Source: Octopus sinensis
Taxonomy: Eukaryota
Assembly (NCBI RefSeq): GCF_006345805.1
Contig: NC_042998.1
Coordinates: forward strand, 150,784,001 to 150,848,000
DNA length: 64,000 bases
Reading direction: 5' to 3'
Part shown: positions 53,602-64,000 of the stretch, piece by piece
Numbering within the stretch: the stretch's first letter is position 1
How the letters are laid out: each line of letters opens with the position of its first letter
Notes under the pieces: generated by a model
What the model saw: the letters and a program-made list of their open reading frames with translations, nothing else
Database searches by the model: none
What the model was told of the DNA's origin: nothing
Translations under genes and position numbers: made by a program

Positions 53602-53632
53602 TTAACATCGGTGATATCCTATATGATATATT

Positions 53633-53687
<55 letters not shown>

Positions 53688-53691
<4 letters not shown>

Positions 53692-54366
53692 CTAAGCCCT
53701 AATTTATTAATGTAATATTTTGAATTCGCCTTAATGGTCCTTTTACATCTGAATACTTGGTGAAATTGATTAATACTAATTAATTTTACCCTCAATTGTT
53801 GATATTAAATTCATTTCTCTCTGTCATATTGCCTCGGTTCTCACCGTTAAAATATAATTTTGCTAGATAACCACGTGGGTGGAAGGGAGAGCAGGGACTC
53901 TTCGCTTGCACATTTTGAATTTGTTGGTACTGGCAGTCTGAACGGGTCATCTGAGGTGATAAGTCGCCAAATGGTATGTTTTTTCTTTTTAGTGCTTCCA
54001 AATCCAAAATAAGAAATGTTGAATTGACGAAAGAAATACTGAGTTTATTTGGCTAATCTAGAAACGTTAAAGTTCTCAAATAATCTTTGTACTTGTGATA
54101 TTTTTCTGTTTTTACCTCCATACCTTCGTGAGTTATTTTGAGTAAACATTATCTGAGAGAAATTTTCTTTAAGTAGTGGAAATGGCAAAAAAACTTTTTT
54201 TGGCTGCTATTTCTAGCAAGTTCAGTATGTGGCAAAGTAATTTATTTTACTAAGCCCTAATTATATAATGTAATATTTTGAATTCGCCTTAAATGGTCCT
54301 TTTACATACTGAATACTTGGTGAAATTGATTAATAACTAATTAATTTTACCCTCAATTGTTGATAT
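53688..54366. repeat. Direct repeats of about 120 bp (53688-53805 and 54246-54366) bracketing 440 bp
   Basis: Near-identical copies differing mainly by single-base indels. (TA)n lies outside both copies. Confidence 0.85.
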
Positions 54367-54446
54367 ATATATATATATCTTATGATAAAAGGCAGATTTT
54401 CTCTGCCTGTTACCATGTTTGTTTTTAATACAATTCTACAATATAG

Positions 54447-54904
54447 AATTTCTTTAATTGGAATTTACCTATGATTTTTCGAAGTAGATTCGATTGGGTC
54501 ATGGCATATAAAGTTTTTTTCAATTTGACCACCAATTAAGCAAAAATTCGAGAAAAGTAAATATTTTACGATTTGCCTCTCTAATTTCAACTGCTTCACT
54601 CCTGCTATTACCTCACTTTCTCCTACTTTCTCTTTGCAAGTGTTCCTTAAACCACTACTCAAAAAATACAGAGCAAACAGAAACAAATAAATACATAACG
54701 ATTTACTCCTCACACAATTTCTTCAATTGGAATTTACCTATGATTTTTCGAAGTACATTCCTTTCGGTCATGGCATATAAATTTCTTTCAATTTGACCTC
54801 CAATTAAGCAAAAATTCGAGAAAACTCAATATTTTACGATTTCCCTCTCTCACTTCAAAGGCTTTACTCCGCCTATTACGACACTTTCTCCTACTTTCTC
54901 TTTG
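54447..54904. repeat. Diverged direct duplication of about 190 bp (54447-54636 and 54716-54904)
   Basis: Both copies begin AATTTCTTyAATTGGAATTTACCTATGATTTTTCGAAGTA and end CACTTTCTCCTACTTTCTCTTTG. Confidence 0.85.
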
Positions 54905-55489
54905 AACACATAGACACGCAAACATATACATATATGACAGTGACAAACACAAACGTTTCAAACAACTACATACAAACACTCAAACGCAGACACACACACG
55001 TGTGTGTTTGTTATTAGTAAAAAAGGCGCCAAACACAATTCACTTTCTCAATCGAACACATTTGCAAACACACAGCAACAATTCACTGACATATGGTGGG
55101 TAGATACTAGCCGCTCACATTATGAGTTACACTATTACACCAATTGTACTGGGACTGTTCTACTTCCCGTTAGTTTTTAGTGTCCAGGAAACAAAACTTT
55201 CTCGAGAAATAACAAAAGAAAACACTCCTAGATTTCTCAAAGGACTTTAAGAAACGATAGGAACTAAGTTCAGTTGAAGAAAAGAGACGGATTTAAGGAA
55301 ATCAGACGGTCGAATTAGAATGATAACTCAACATAAAAGGTAAATTGGCTTTTAATTTACTTTCTGTCGCTAAGTTTTCGTAGTATTAATTTGCGAGCGT
55401 ACTTCAGTTGTCAATTGTTGAAAGAAAATTGTAAGCTAAGAAGGTGTGTGTGTGACTGTGTGTGTGTGTGTGTGCGTGCGTGCGTGCGC

Positions 55490-55531
<42 letters not shown>

Positions 55532-55691
55532 TGAGTGTGTGTGTGTAGGAAGTGAAGGATAAAAATATGGTAAGAAGTGGACAGATGTACATATATACAT
55601 CCATACATCCATACATACATACATGTGTGTGTGTGTGTGTGTGTGGTGTGTGTGTGTGTATGTATGTGTATTAATGTGTGTGAGTTATCTC

Positions 55692-56074
55692 TCTCTATAT
55701 AAAGCTGAAGTTGTCTGTGTGCGCCAGGTGTGGCAGCCTTCAACTAACACTATCTCCTCCGAGACCCTGCGGCGCAAGTTGACCAAAATTGAGAGTATGA
55801 TAGAAGGGTTGCTCTTCCTTCCGAAGAAGATAAAATTCAAATCGGACCATGTTAACACCAAAAATTATTTACATCAAAAAGGTGCTTTTTTCTATGAAAA
55901 TCCTTATTTTTTACGATTTTTTCACTGCTGTGTCGCCCCTTTTCGGTGTATTTCAACCAGGAAAATGTTCACTTGAAGAGAATAACAAGCTACATAATGC
56001 AAAATTCTTACTTTTCAAAAATTCCAATTCCAGCGGGTCGAAACAACCCGAGCACGCCGGGCGATACTGCTCCT

Positions 56075-56075
<1 letters not shown>
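55692..56075 (+). mobile_element. Non-autonomous Helitron-like element
   Basis: 5' TCTCTATATAAAG start. A GC-rich subterminal hairpin (CCCGAGCACGCCGGG) lies about 10 nt before a degenerate CTAG-like end, and TA follows. No TIRs. Confidence 0.4.
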
Positions 56076-56126
<51 letters not shown>

Positions 56127-56138
56127 TACAGTGAGTGA

Positions 56139-56176
<38 letters not shown>

Positions 56177-56247
56177 GAGAGTAAAAGGATATGTAGATAC
56201 ATACATACACACATACATACATATTCAAAATATGTATATGTATATGT

Positions 56248-56288
<41 letters not shown>

Positions 56289-56744
56289 TGTGTGTATACA
56301 CATACACCAATTCTATTTGGGTATAAGCCCTGCAATGTTCTTTATACATACATATATGTGAGAAAAAGACAATGTCGATGATGCATAACCTGTAAAGAAA
56401 TACATTGTGTGGGGTATCGAGAACATAACAGAAAGTGAAATGGGGAGAGGACAGTAAGTTATGATATATTTAGTGGTGGCCTTACTGATCACATGAAGTG
56501 CTAGAAATAGCACATAAATAACACATACTGAATTAAATAACAGATATCCTGAATGTTGTTTTGGACAACATGATCTTGGATTCACAGAGGAAAAAGTCAT
56601 GATAGCCACTGATGAAGCGATTTTAATTGTCGGTTTTCGTGGTCAGGTGTTCAGTCAGATTTTAACAATAATATTGAATGTTGAAGAGAATGTATAAAAA
56701 AGCAAGCTGGCTATTTTATACACTCTCTTCCACATTCAATGGCT

Positions 56745-56777
56745 AGATAGATTGATAGATAGATAGATAGATAGATT

Positions 56778-56841
<64 letters not shown>

Positions 56842-56906
56842 TACAGACAGACAGAGATAGATAAACAGACAGGCCAACATACAGACAGTTAGATAGATAG
56901 ACAGAC

Positions 56907-57004
<98 letters not shown>

Positions 57005-57005
57005 A
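56745..57005. repeat. (GATA)n/(GACA)n compound microsatellite
   Basis: Direct reading. Confidence 0.95.
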
Positions 57006-57564
57006 TTACCCTACTAATACATACTAACTCCCCAACAAACTGCATGACTAAAATTCTAATGTTCATTAATTTCAGATTTAATTAGTAAATACCTTTTAAT
57101 ATATTATCAGTTAAATAAGAAGGGAAACATGTTTTTTGTATACTAATCGTGTATGGAACTGGGCTTTTAACATAAATTTATTCCAGTTTTTCTTATCTAT
57201 GGTTTAGTAAATGATAAACCATCAAAGGCACAAATGTGCAAATTAGGCTATCCACTACGGTGTTGGTCTAATTTATGACAACTTTATAAATAAGGGAGAT
57301 GGTTCTTCAGTACGTCTTCTCTGAGGTGTGGTGAACAATTTGTGAAGTGGTCCGCTATGAGACTCCTCCCCCTTTTTCTTCATATCAATAGCATAGAAAA
57401 CTGTGGATTGTTATTTAGGTGATTTAATTTGCGCATAAATAGATTATTGTTTAATTAAAATGTCAGCTGTCGCCCCCCCACCTCATTTCTTATAATTTTT
57501 CCAACAATTATTTGGCCAGAACTTCAGAAGTACGATGCGAATTTCTTAACCATACGAGCAGGTT

Positions 57565-57599
<35 letters not shown>

Positions 57600-58708
57600 T
57601 GTATATAATTCTGTTTGGAATTGGATCTCGAAGCACATAAATGCTTTAAATTATACCATGTGAATATTGGGTTACATTTCTGGTGTTGCTTATTATGTTG
57701 GCGGTGGTGGTCGTGTTGATGATGGTGGAGAAGAGTGAAGATATCTGATCGAAAAGATCTCTGATCATAGACATTCCAGCCAAGACCATTCCAACACTTA
57801 CCCAGGTATGTCGTTCACAGAACTTTCCTGTTTGTCTTCCTTTTTTGAAGGTAGTGAGGAATATTTGGCTGCTATTTCTAACAGGATTCTACGCAGACTC
57901 CCCACTTGCTCACGTAAGGTAGAACTATTATTGTTGTTTAGCTCCAGGTCAGACCTAATCCAACAGTGCCATGATCAAAAGCCTTCCTATCATGCCTATT
58001 AAAGCTTTTCTTGTTCAAACCTGTTCATCTTGAAGTGCTGTGGTGGTTGACTTGCGAAAATAGCAACATATCAGTGTATTAGTACTGGTGGTGGTTGTGG
58101 TGTGGTGGTGATGGTGTTGGTGGTAAAGGTGGGTGAAGCAATCATATGTGGTAATGGGTAGCGTTGAAATGGTGTTGTTGGTTGTGGAAAGCGGCGGAGG
58201 TGTTTGGTAGCGACAGTGGTGGGGAATACATAGAACAAGGAAAAAGACTTTACTAATTGGTACGCTTGGTTGCCAGTTTATCTGTCTGTCTAGCTGACAG
58301 GCTGTCTGTCTGACTGTCAGTCTGGTTAGCTGGCTGGTCGGCTGGCTGTATGGTGGGCTGCGTGGCTGGCTGGTAGCATTCTGTCTGTCTACCTGTCTCT
58401 CTATCTTTCTGTCTGTCTTTCTGTCTGTCTGACTTGCTGGTTTACTGGCTGGTAGGCTGTCTGTTTCTCTAGCTGGCTGGTCGGCTTTGTGTCTATCTGT
58501 CCGCCTGTCTGTCTGTCTGTCTGTTTGGCTGGCTGGTTAGCTGGTCGGCTCGCTATTTCGTTCGGAGCTGATATCGGCTGGCTTAACCTGGATGACTTGA
58601 GATGAGGGTAGAGAAACGAGATAAACGGGTGAGGCTGGTTGGCAGGATAGTCGGCCGGTTGGCAACGATGGTAATGGTGGTAGTGGAGACATTCACAGTG
58701 GTATGGTG

Positions 58709-58838
58709 GCGAAGGTATATTAGTTGTTGACGATTTAGCGGTGATAATGATGGTGGTATTGACGACGGTGGAAGTTACTTTGCGGTGATAGTTGTAGTTA
58801 TGTATCAACGGTGAGGGAGACGCTGATCGGCTATGGGG
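58709..58838. repeat. 130-bp segment duplicated at 62258-62387
   Basis: Both copies are 130 nt, in direct orientation, with 3 substitutions. Confidence 0.9.
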
Positions 58839-58889
58839 CGATGGTAGGGATGATGATGATGATGGCGGTAACGGCAATGAATTTTATGA

Positions 58890-59055
58890 ACGGATAAATG
58901 GTTCCGCCGAGGTCAACTTTGCCTTTCATCCTTCCGGGGTCGATAAATTAAGTACCAGTTACGCACTGGGGTCGATGTAATCGACTTAATACCTATGTCT
59001 GTCCTTGTTTGTCCCCTCTATGTTTAGCCCCTTGTGGGTAATACAGAAATAGGTT
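58890..59055 (+). mobile_element. Second SINE family copy (5'-truncated)
   Basis: GTTCCGCCGAGGTCAACTTTGCCTTTCATCCTTCCGGGGTCGATAAATTAAGTACCAG, the reverse complement of the 2443-2660 core. Confidence 0.7.
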
Positions 59056-60303
59056 ATAATGGTTGGATTAGTAATGATTATGTTGCTGTTGTTGTTGTTG
59101 ATGGTGGTGGTCGTGTTAAGTGTAGGTGGTGACGATGATGGTGACAAAGGTGGCAGTTTGTGGTGGTGAGGCGGTGCTTTGTCGGTTAGTTTCTGTAAAG
59201 AGTGTATAGGTGTATCGGTGAGCAGGTTCTTTGGTTGGCTGATGTAAGCGGGGAGTGGCGCAATGAGGGTGAGGGGTGGCAAACAGAAAGAAGAAAGACG
59301 AAAACACCAACTTATAACGTTGGTTGTTTTGCCCTAGGCGAAGGATCATGATGTTTTGGGGGCGGATTTCTGGTTTAAGCATCTCATATAGCACCACTTC
59401 ATAATTACTTTAATTTTTTTGGAATTTTCAGCAAAATTTAGCGAATTTGTGTTCTGTAGACAGGAATTAATACAATTATGAAAAAAAAATACTGTATCTG
59501 ATTTATGGGAGATTTAGCTGTTATTTTTAGCACATCTCACGACTACCTGATACTTTCCTCGTTTCATTGTCACTCTGACACGTATTGATGTTTTTCGATA
59601 TTTTTCTTTCCATAAATGGAATGATGATGCATTCAAGAATGATCCATTGCTGGGGTTTAAGCAAAAAAATTCGGATTGTCTGTATTTTAAACTCTGATTA
59701 AAAAAAAAAAGAGTGGAAGATTTGATTTATGGGAAGCGGGAAGCGGAATTTAAAAAAATTAAAAGGTTTTTTTTTTGCATAATCATTTGAATTCCCGCGT
59801 GTAGAAAACAAATTCATAAAATTTTTCTGAAAATTTCAAAATATTAAAAAGTTATGAGGGGTTATATGAGGTTCTTAAACCAGAATTCCGTCGTTTTTTT
59901 TGCTTTCTTTCCCAACACAGAGGAGGCTTTAGAATAAATTAAAATTTAATGGTTCGTCGTCAGAGAATAACATAGATATGTTATCTATGAAGTGGTGAAC
60001 AAACACCTTGTAGATCCCCTCGCACCTTTAACCTGTTGGTACATCCAGGATAATACAGCTGTGGAATGGTGAAGGATTGCATCAGCCCATGGTTTGTATT
60101 CTTTTGACTGAAACAACGTGAAATAAAGTGCTATGTTCCTGAAGACAAGACACTGCCTCGTATGGGAATCGAACCTACGACCTTACAGTCTTGGGTTAGA
60201 CATCCTAATTATTTAGTTCCCACCCTTCTTCACAGGCTATGTTATCGATTGAATCCTTTTATTTTTCCAAGGGTGATTTGAAAGACCAGTTATAGAGACG
60301 CTG

Positions 60304-60423
60304 TCTCATAGGTCACCTGGAGGTTTTTATAGGCCAACTTGTGAGTGGAGCGGCGAGGAAAGTGAATGAGAATCTAAGTGAGAGGCTGGGGTGAAAGGAA
60401 GGTCTACAGAGTGACCTATGTGA
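60304..60423. mobile_element. Possible small MITE relic
   Basis: 13-bp terminal inverted repeats TCTCATAGGTCAC / GTGACCTATGTGA (1 mismatch). No clear target-site duplication. Confidence 0.3.
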
Positions 60424-61879
60424 AAAAAGAAAAAAAATCTCAATTGAAATTTTCCTTTTAATTCGAGAAGGAATAACAACACTAGTGGCAATTGCTAGAG
60501 ACTCTCAAAGAATAGGAAATTAAGAATTTCAGATTATTGATTTAACATGTTAGAGAAAAATATGATCTTTGTTGCTGGAAAGAGAACAATTTTAGATAAG
60601 TTTCAATCTAATTGGACCTTGCCAGCAAAACCAAGACAAACTTGAATTTGTTTCATACGTGTGAAGAGTAACAAAGAGTTTGGGCCAAAAGTAATTTATC
60701 CGCTTTTAGGAGGTATTTAATAATTCAGCAGATTTACTATTTCTTTAGTTTTAGTTTCTTTAGTGACTTTTTCTCTCCTACTCCTAGCCTCGTTGGTACT
60801 GTCAACTGTTGTTCCAGGCTCTGCTGGTATGTCCTAATATTTCTGGTTCTTTCCAGTAGATCGAGCAACGATAAACAGTAATATAAATAGGTTGTCACGC
60901 GTCGAAAAAGGCAAACAGAAAAAACACTACAACCATTATTTTGGTTAGGTTATTGTAGTAGTAACAGTAGTAGTAGGGATCTTTTCAATTCTGAAGCCAG
61001 TTTTTTCAAATTTTTCCTACTGAACCAAACAATTTGAAACTTCGTATACTGGTAGAATGTGTCAAAAGTAAACTTAATTGTAAACCAGAATGAAAACGGA
61101 ATTGTAACTTCTAAGTTTAACGTTGTTTAATAATTAGAATTTTAACCAATGATATTCCGTCATTCGGCTTTATTTTATTTACTCCGTCTCGACCACCAAT
61201 TTGGTGACGTATTAAACATCTTAAATGTAAATAAACCGCATGTCTCCGTGAAATCTCAATTCTAATTATTTAACGTACTCATGTTTCCAGGATCCTATAG
61301 TCAGCCACCTTCTAATAAGAATATTTAAAACTAGTTAATAAGCCACATGTATTAAATTGAAAATGTTTCCATTCTGTTAGTACTTGCTTTCGTTTGCTAT
61401 TAAGAAGTGGCATCTCAGTGACGAGGCTTCTAACAAGATTTCGTTTCTAAGCTAATGCGTTTCATTTCACTTATTGTATTTATTTGTGCAAAAGGCAAGA
61501 AATTTAATATTAAAAAAGCAAAGAGCTGGCAGAAACGTTAGCACGCCGGGCGAAATGTGTAGCCGTATTTCGTCTGCCGTTACGTTCTGTGTTTGTTTAC
61601 AGTTTTCAAACGAACGTTAGTACGTCACAAAAGCGCTTTCTACGTCACACTAATAGAATGCAGTCAAGTTTTACACATGAAAACAAACAATCTGATTGGT
61701 TAAAATTCGCAGTTTTAATCTACGATTAAAGTCATAAAATAGATTTTTCTCAAATAAACTAGTTCCAACCTGTGTCTTGTTTTGCTAGACTCTATCAACA
61801 TACGAAGTTTCAGATTATTTAGTTAAGTAGAAAGATCTGTGGTCCTGGCTTCAGAATTGAAAAGATCCAGTAGTAGTTA

Positions 61880-61918
<39 letters not shown>

Positions 61919-62741
61919 GAGGAGGAGGAGGAGGAGCTGTTGCTCTGTAAAACACTATATCGCACCAAAGATATTTCAATCGTTACCACGTCAACAGTTC
62001 CACGACTTCATTTACTCAATGTCCCTTTGTTTTAAAGTCAGTACGAAGTCATTTCTAGGGGTCGAATAGTCACAGAGAGGACCTTTTACAATCCAGGCTC
62101 AAAAAGAGATTTTTAACCTTAAATTCTTATTCCTTTTACGGTGAAAATAAAAACCTTAAACCTCAACATAAAGAACTACCCACCAACTAACTAGTTAAAG
62201 GCTAAGTGTCTTAGATTTTGAGAGACTACCGTCCATTGGGTTGAGGTATGCTAGTTCGCGAAGGTATACTAGTTGTTGACGATTTAGCGGTGATAATGAT
62301 GGCGGTATTGACGACGGTGGAAGTTACTTTGCGGTGATAGTTGTAGTTATGTGTCAACGGTGAGGGAGACGCTGATCGGCTATGGGGTTGAGGGACTATC
62401 GTCCATGAGTACTAAGAGATTGAGGGGGTACTTTCCATGAAACTGAGAGAGCATGGTTGAAGGGTTGGTTACTCACGAAGGGAGTGATGGCGTACTAAAC
62501 AAGTAATTGAGGAAGTAGGCACTATGCGGCATGACCTGTCAAAAATAAGTCAAAATTGAATAAATCCTATCTTTATGAGTTTAAAACTAGAATAATGTAA
62601 TAGATCATATGCATATGCTCTAGATACACTGTTGTGTGAATGAACAAAGTGGAAAGTTTTGACGGTAGATCTTCAAGGGTCAACATCATCATCATCATCA
62701 TCATCAACAACAACAACAACAACAACAATAACAACATCACC

Positions 62742-62918
62742 CGCAGGAGTGGCTGTGTGGTAAATAGCTTGCTTACCAACCACATGGTTCCGGGTTCAGT
62801 CCCACTGCGTGGCACTTTGGGCAAGTGTCTTCTACTATAGCCCCGGGCCGACCAAAGCCTTGTGAGTGGATTTGGTAGACGGAAACTGAAAGAAGCCCGT
62901 CGTATATATGTATATGTG

Positions 62919-63001
<83 letters not shown>

Positions 63002-63195
63002 TACCCCCAACATCGCTTGACAACCGATGTTGGTGTGTTTGCGTCCCCGTAACTTAGCGGTTCGGCAAAAGAGACTGATAGAATAAGTACTAGGCTTACA
63101 AAGAATAAGTCCTGGGGGCGATTTGCTCGACTAAAGGCGGTGCTCCAGCATGGCAGCAGTCAAATGACTGAAACAAGTATAAGAGTAAAAGAGTA
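62742..63195 (+). mobile_element. tRNA-derived CORE-type SINE, near full length
   Basis: A-box/B-box head (GGAGTGGCTGTGTGG...GGTTCAGTCCC), CORE-like GGCACTTTGGGCAAGTG, internal (TA)/(TG) tract and AAGAGT-repeat tail. It is homologous to other copies in the window. Confidence 0.8.
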
Positions 63196-64000
63196 TCACC
63201 GCCTCCATTATCATCACGAAGGACAACAACATTACCAACATCACATGTCTCCATTATAAAATCAAATTTAATGAGAATTCCCATTCGTTGTGAAATACGG
63301 AGCTAAAATTTCCTCTAAATTTATGCAACTGAATAAGTTCGTATCTTGCTGGCTTTCTTAGTTTCGTATTCAATGATTTGACAAGACAAAAGATGGCTGC
63401 TGCTGCCGTTGGAGTAAACACGCGTGACTTGTTGCTATTTAGACACCACTGAGCTGACATCAATGTGTTTGTCATGTAAAAAAATATATATATATATCCT
63501 TGGAGAAAACTAGTGAATAGTATGATTTCAGACTATTTATTTTCACGGTGATGTATTTTTAGCTAAAAAACAGTAACAATAACCCAACCTACACGATTTA
63601 TGTACCACGATGGTACGACCTTCACCAACTCGTGTTGTCTCTCCATGACTTTCTTTCACACCAACATTTTCCTTGTTTATTTCAAGTTTCTTTTTATAAA
63701 AATGACTAATTGTAAAGCCACGGAGCAGCTTTTGTCGCCCTCACCAATTTTCTTATTTTTTATTTTTAAAATTTCTTTTTTCTGCTAAACTTTCTTTGCA
63801 TCTAGAGTTGGAAGACTTGTAGAGTAAAACTAAGAAACGTTCTAATTTTTTTACCGTTTTCTCTTTTGTCGATGAGATGACGGGAAAGACGTTACTAGTC
63901 AGAAATGTTAACCAGTATCGACTAATCGACTGAATGACATTTGGTGACATAATCAACATGGCGGCTGTTGCAGTTTTTTTAATCTTTTTTTTTTGTTTTT

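Larger units (their letters stand above)
53244..53620. mobile_element. Foldback element IR3 (about 167-bp arms, 41-bp spacer) carrying two decayed hammerhead motifs
   Basis: 53244-53410 is the reverse complement of 53452-53620, about 88-90% identical by eye. TA-rich repeats lie at about 53100-53148 and from 53621. Confidence 0.8.

Noticed and set aside
62742-62815. tRNA-like sequences with A and B boxes (also at 28965 and 50110-50189)
   Set aside because: They continue directly into SINE body sequence and lack a full cloverleaf. They are SINE heads, not tRNA genes.

Overview
Eukaryotic genomic DNA, AT-rich and dense in microsatellites. The repeat families and composition suggest a coleoid cephalopod, probably Octopus (inference). 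One protein-coding gene is supported, on the minus strand: a SAMD11/SAMD7-family transcriptional repressor with a SAND domain (KDWK motif) and the first half of a SAM domain. Five exons are linked by canonical GT-AG sites with consistent phases: 44498-38330, 14085-13895, 13569-13400, 12990-10641 and 9788-8441. The rest of the SAM domain lies beyond the left edge of the window. The putative first exon is about 6.2 kb of trinucleotide-repeat-rich sequence, broken by two apparent 1-bp deletions; repaired, the partial protein is about 3,410 aa. The remainder is tRNA-derived SINEs, R4/Dong-like LINE 3' ends, Penelope-like and Helitron-like relics, simple repeats and a 100-N gap. The most striking non-genic structure lies 5-9 kb upstream of the gene: three unrelated foldback elements (49.3, 51.8-52.8 and 53.2-53.6 kb). 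Each carries a divergent pair of type I hammerhead-ribozyme motifs and sits in (TA)n-type repeats, and two have greatly extended helix II. Six more hammerhead motifs or relics lie in the 24-kb intron. All alignments and folds were done by eye.
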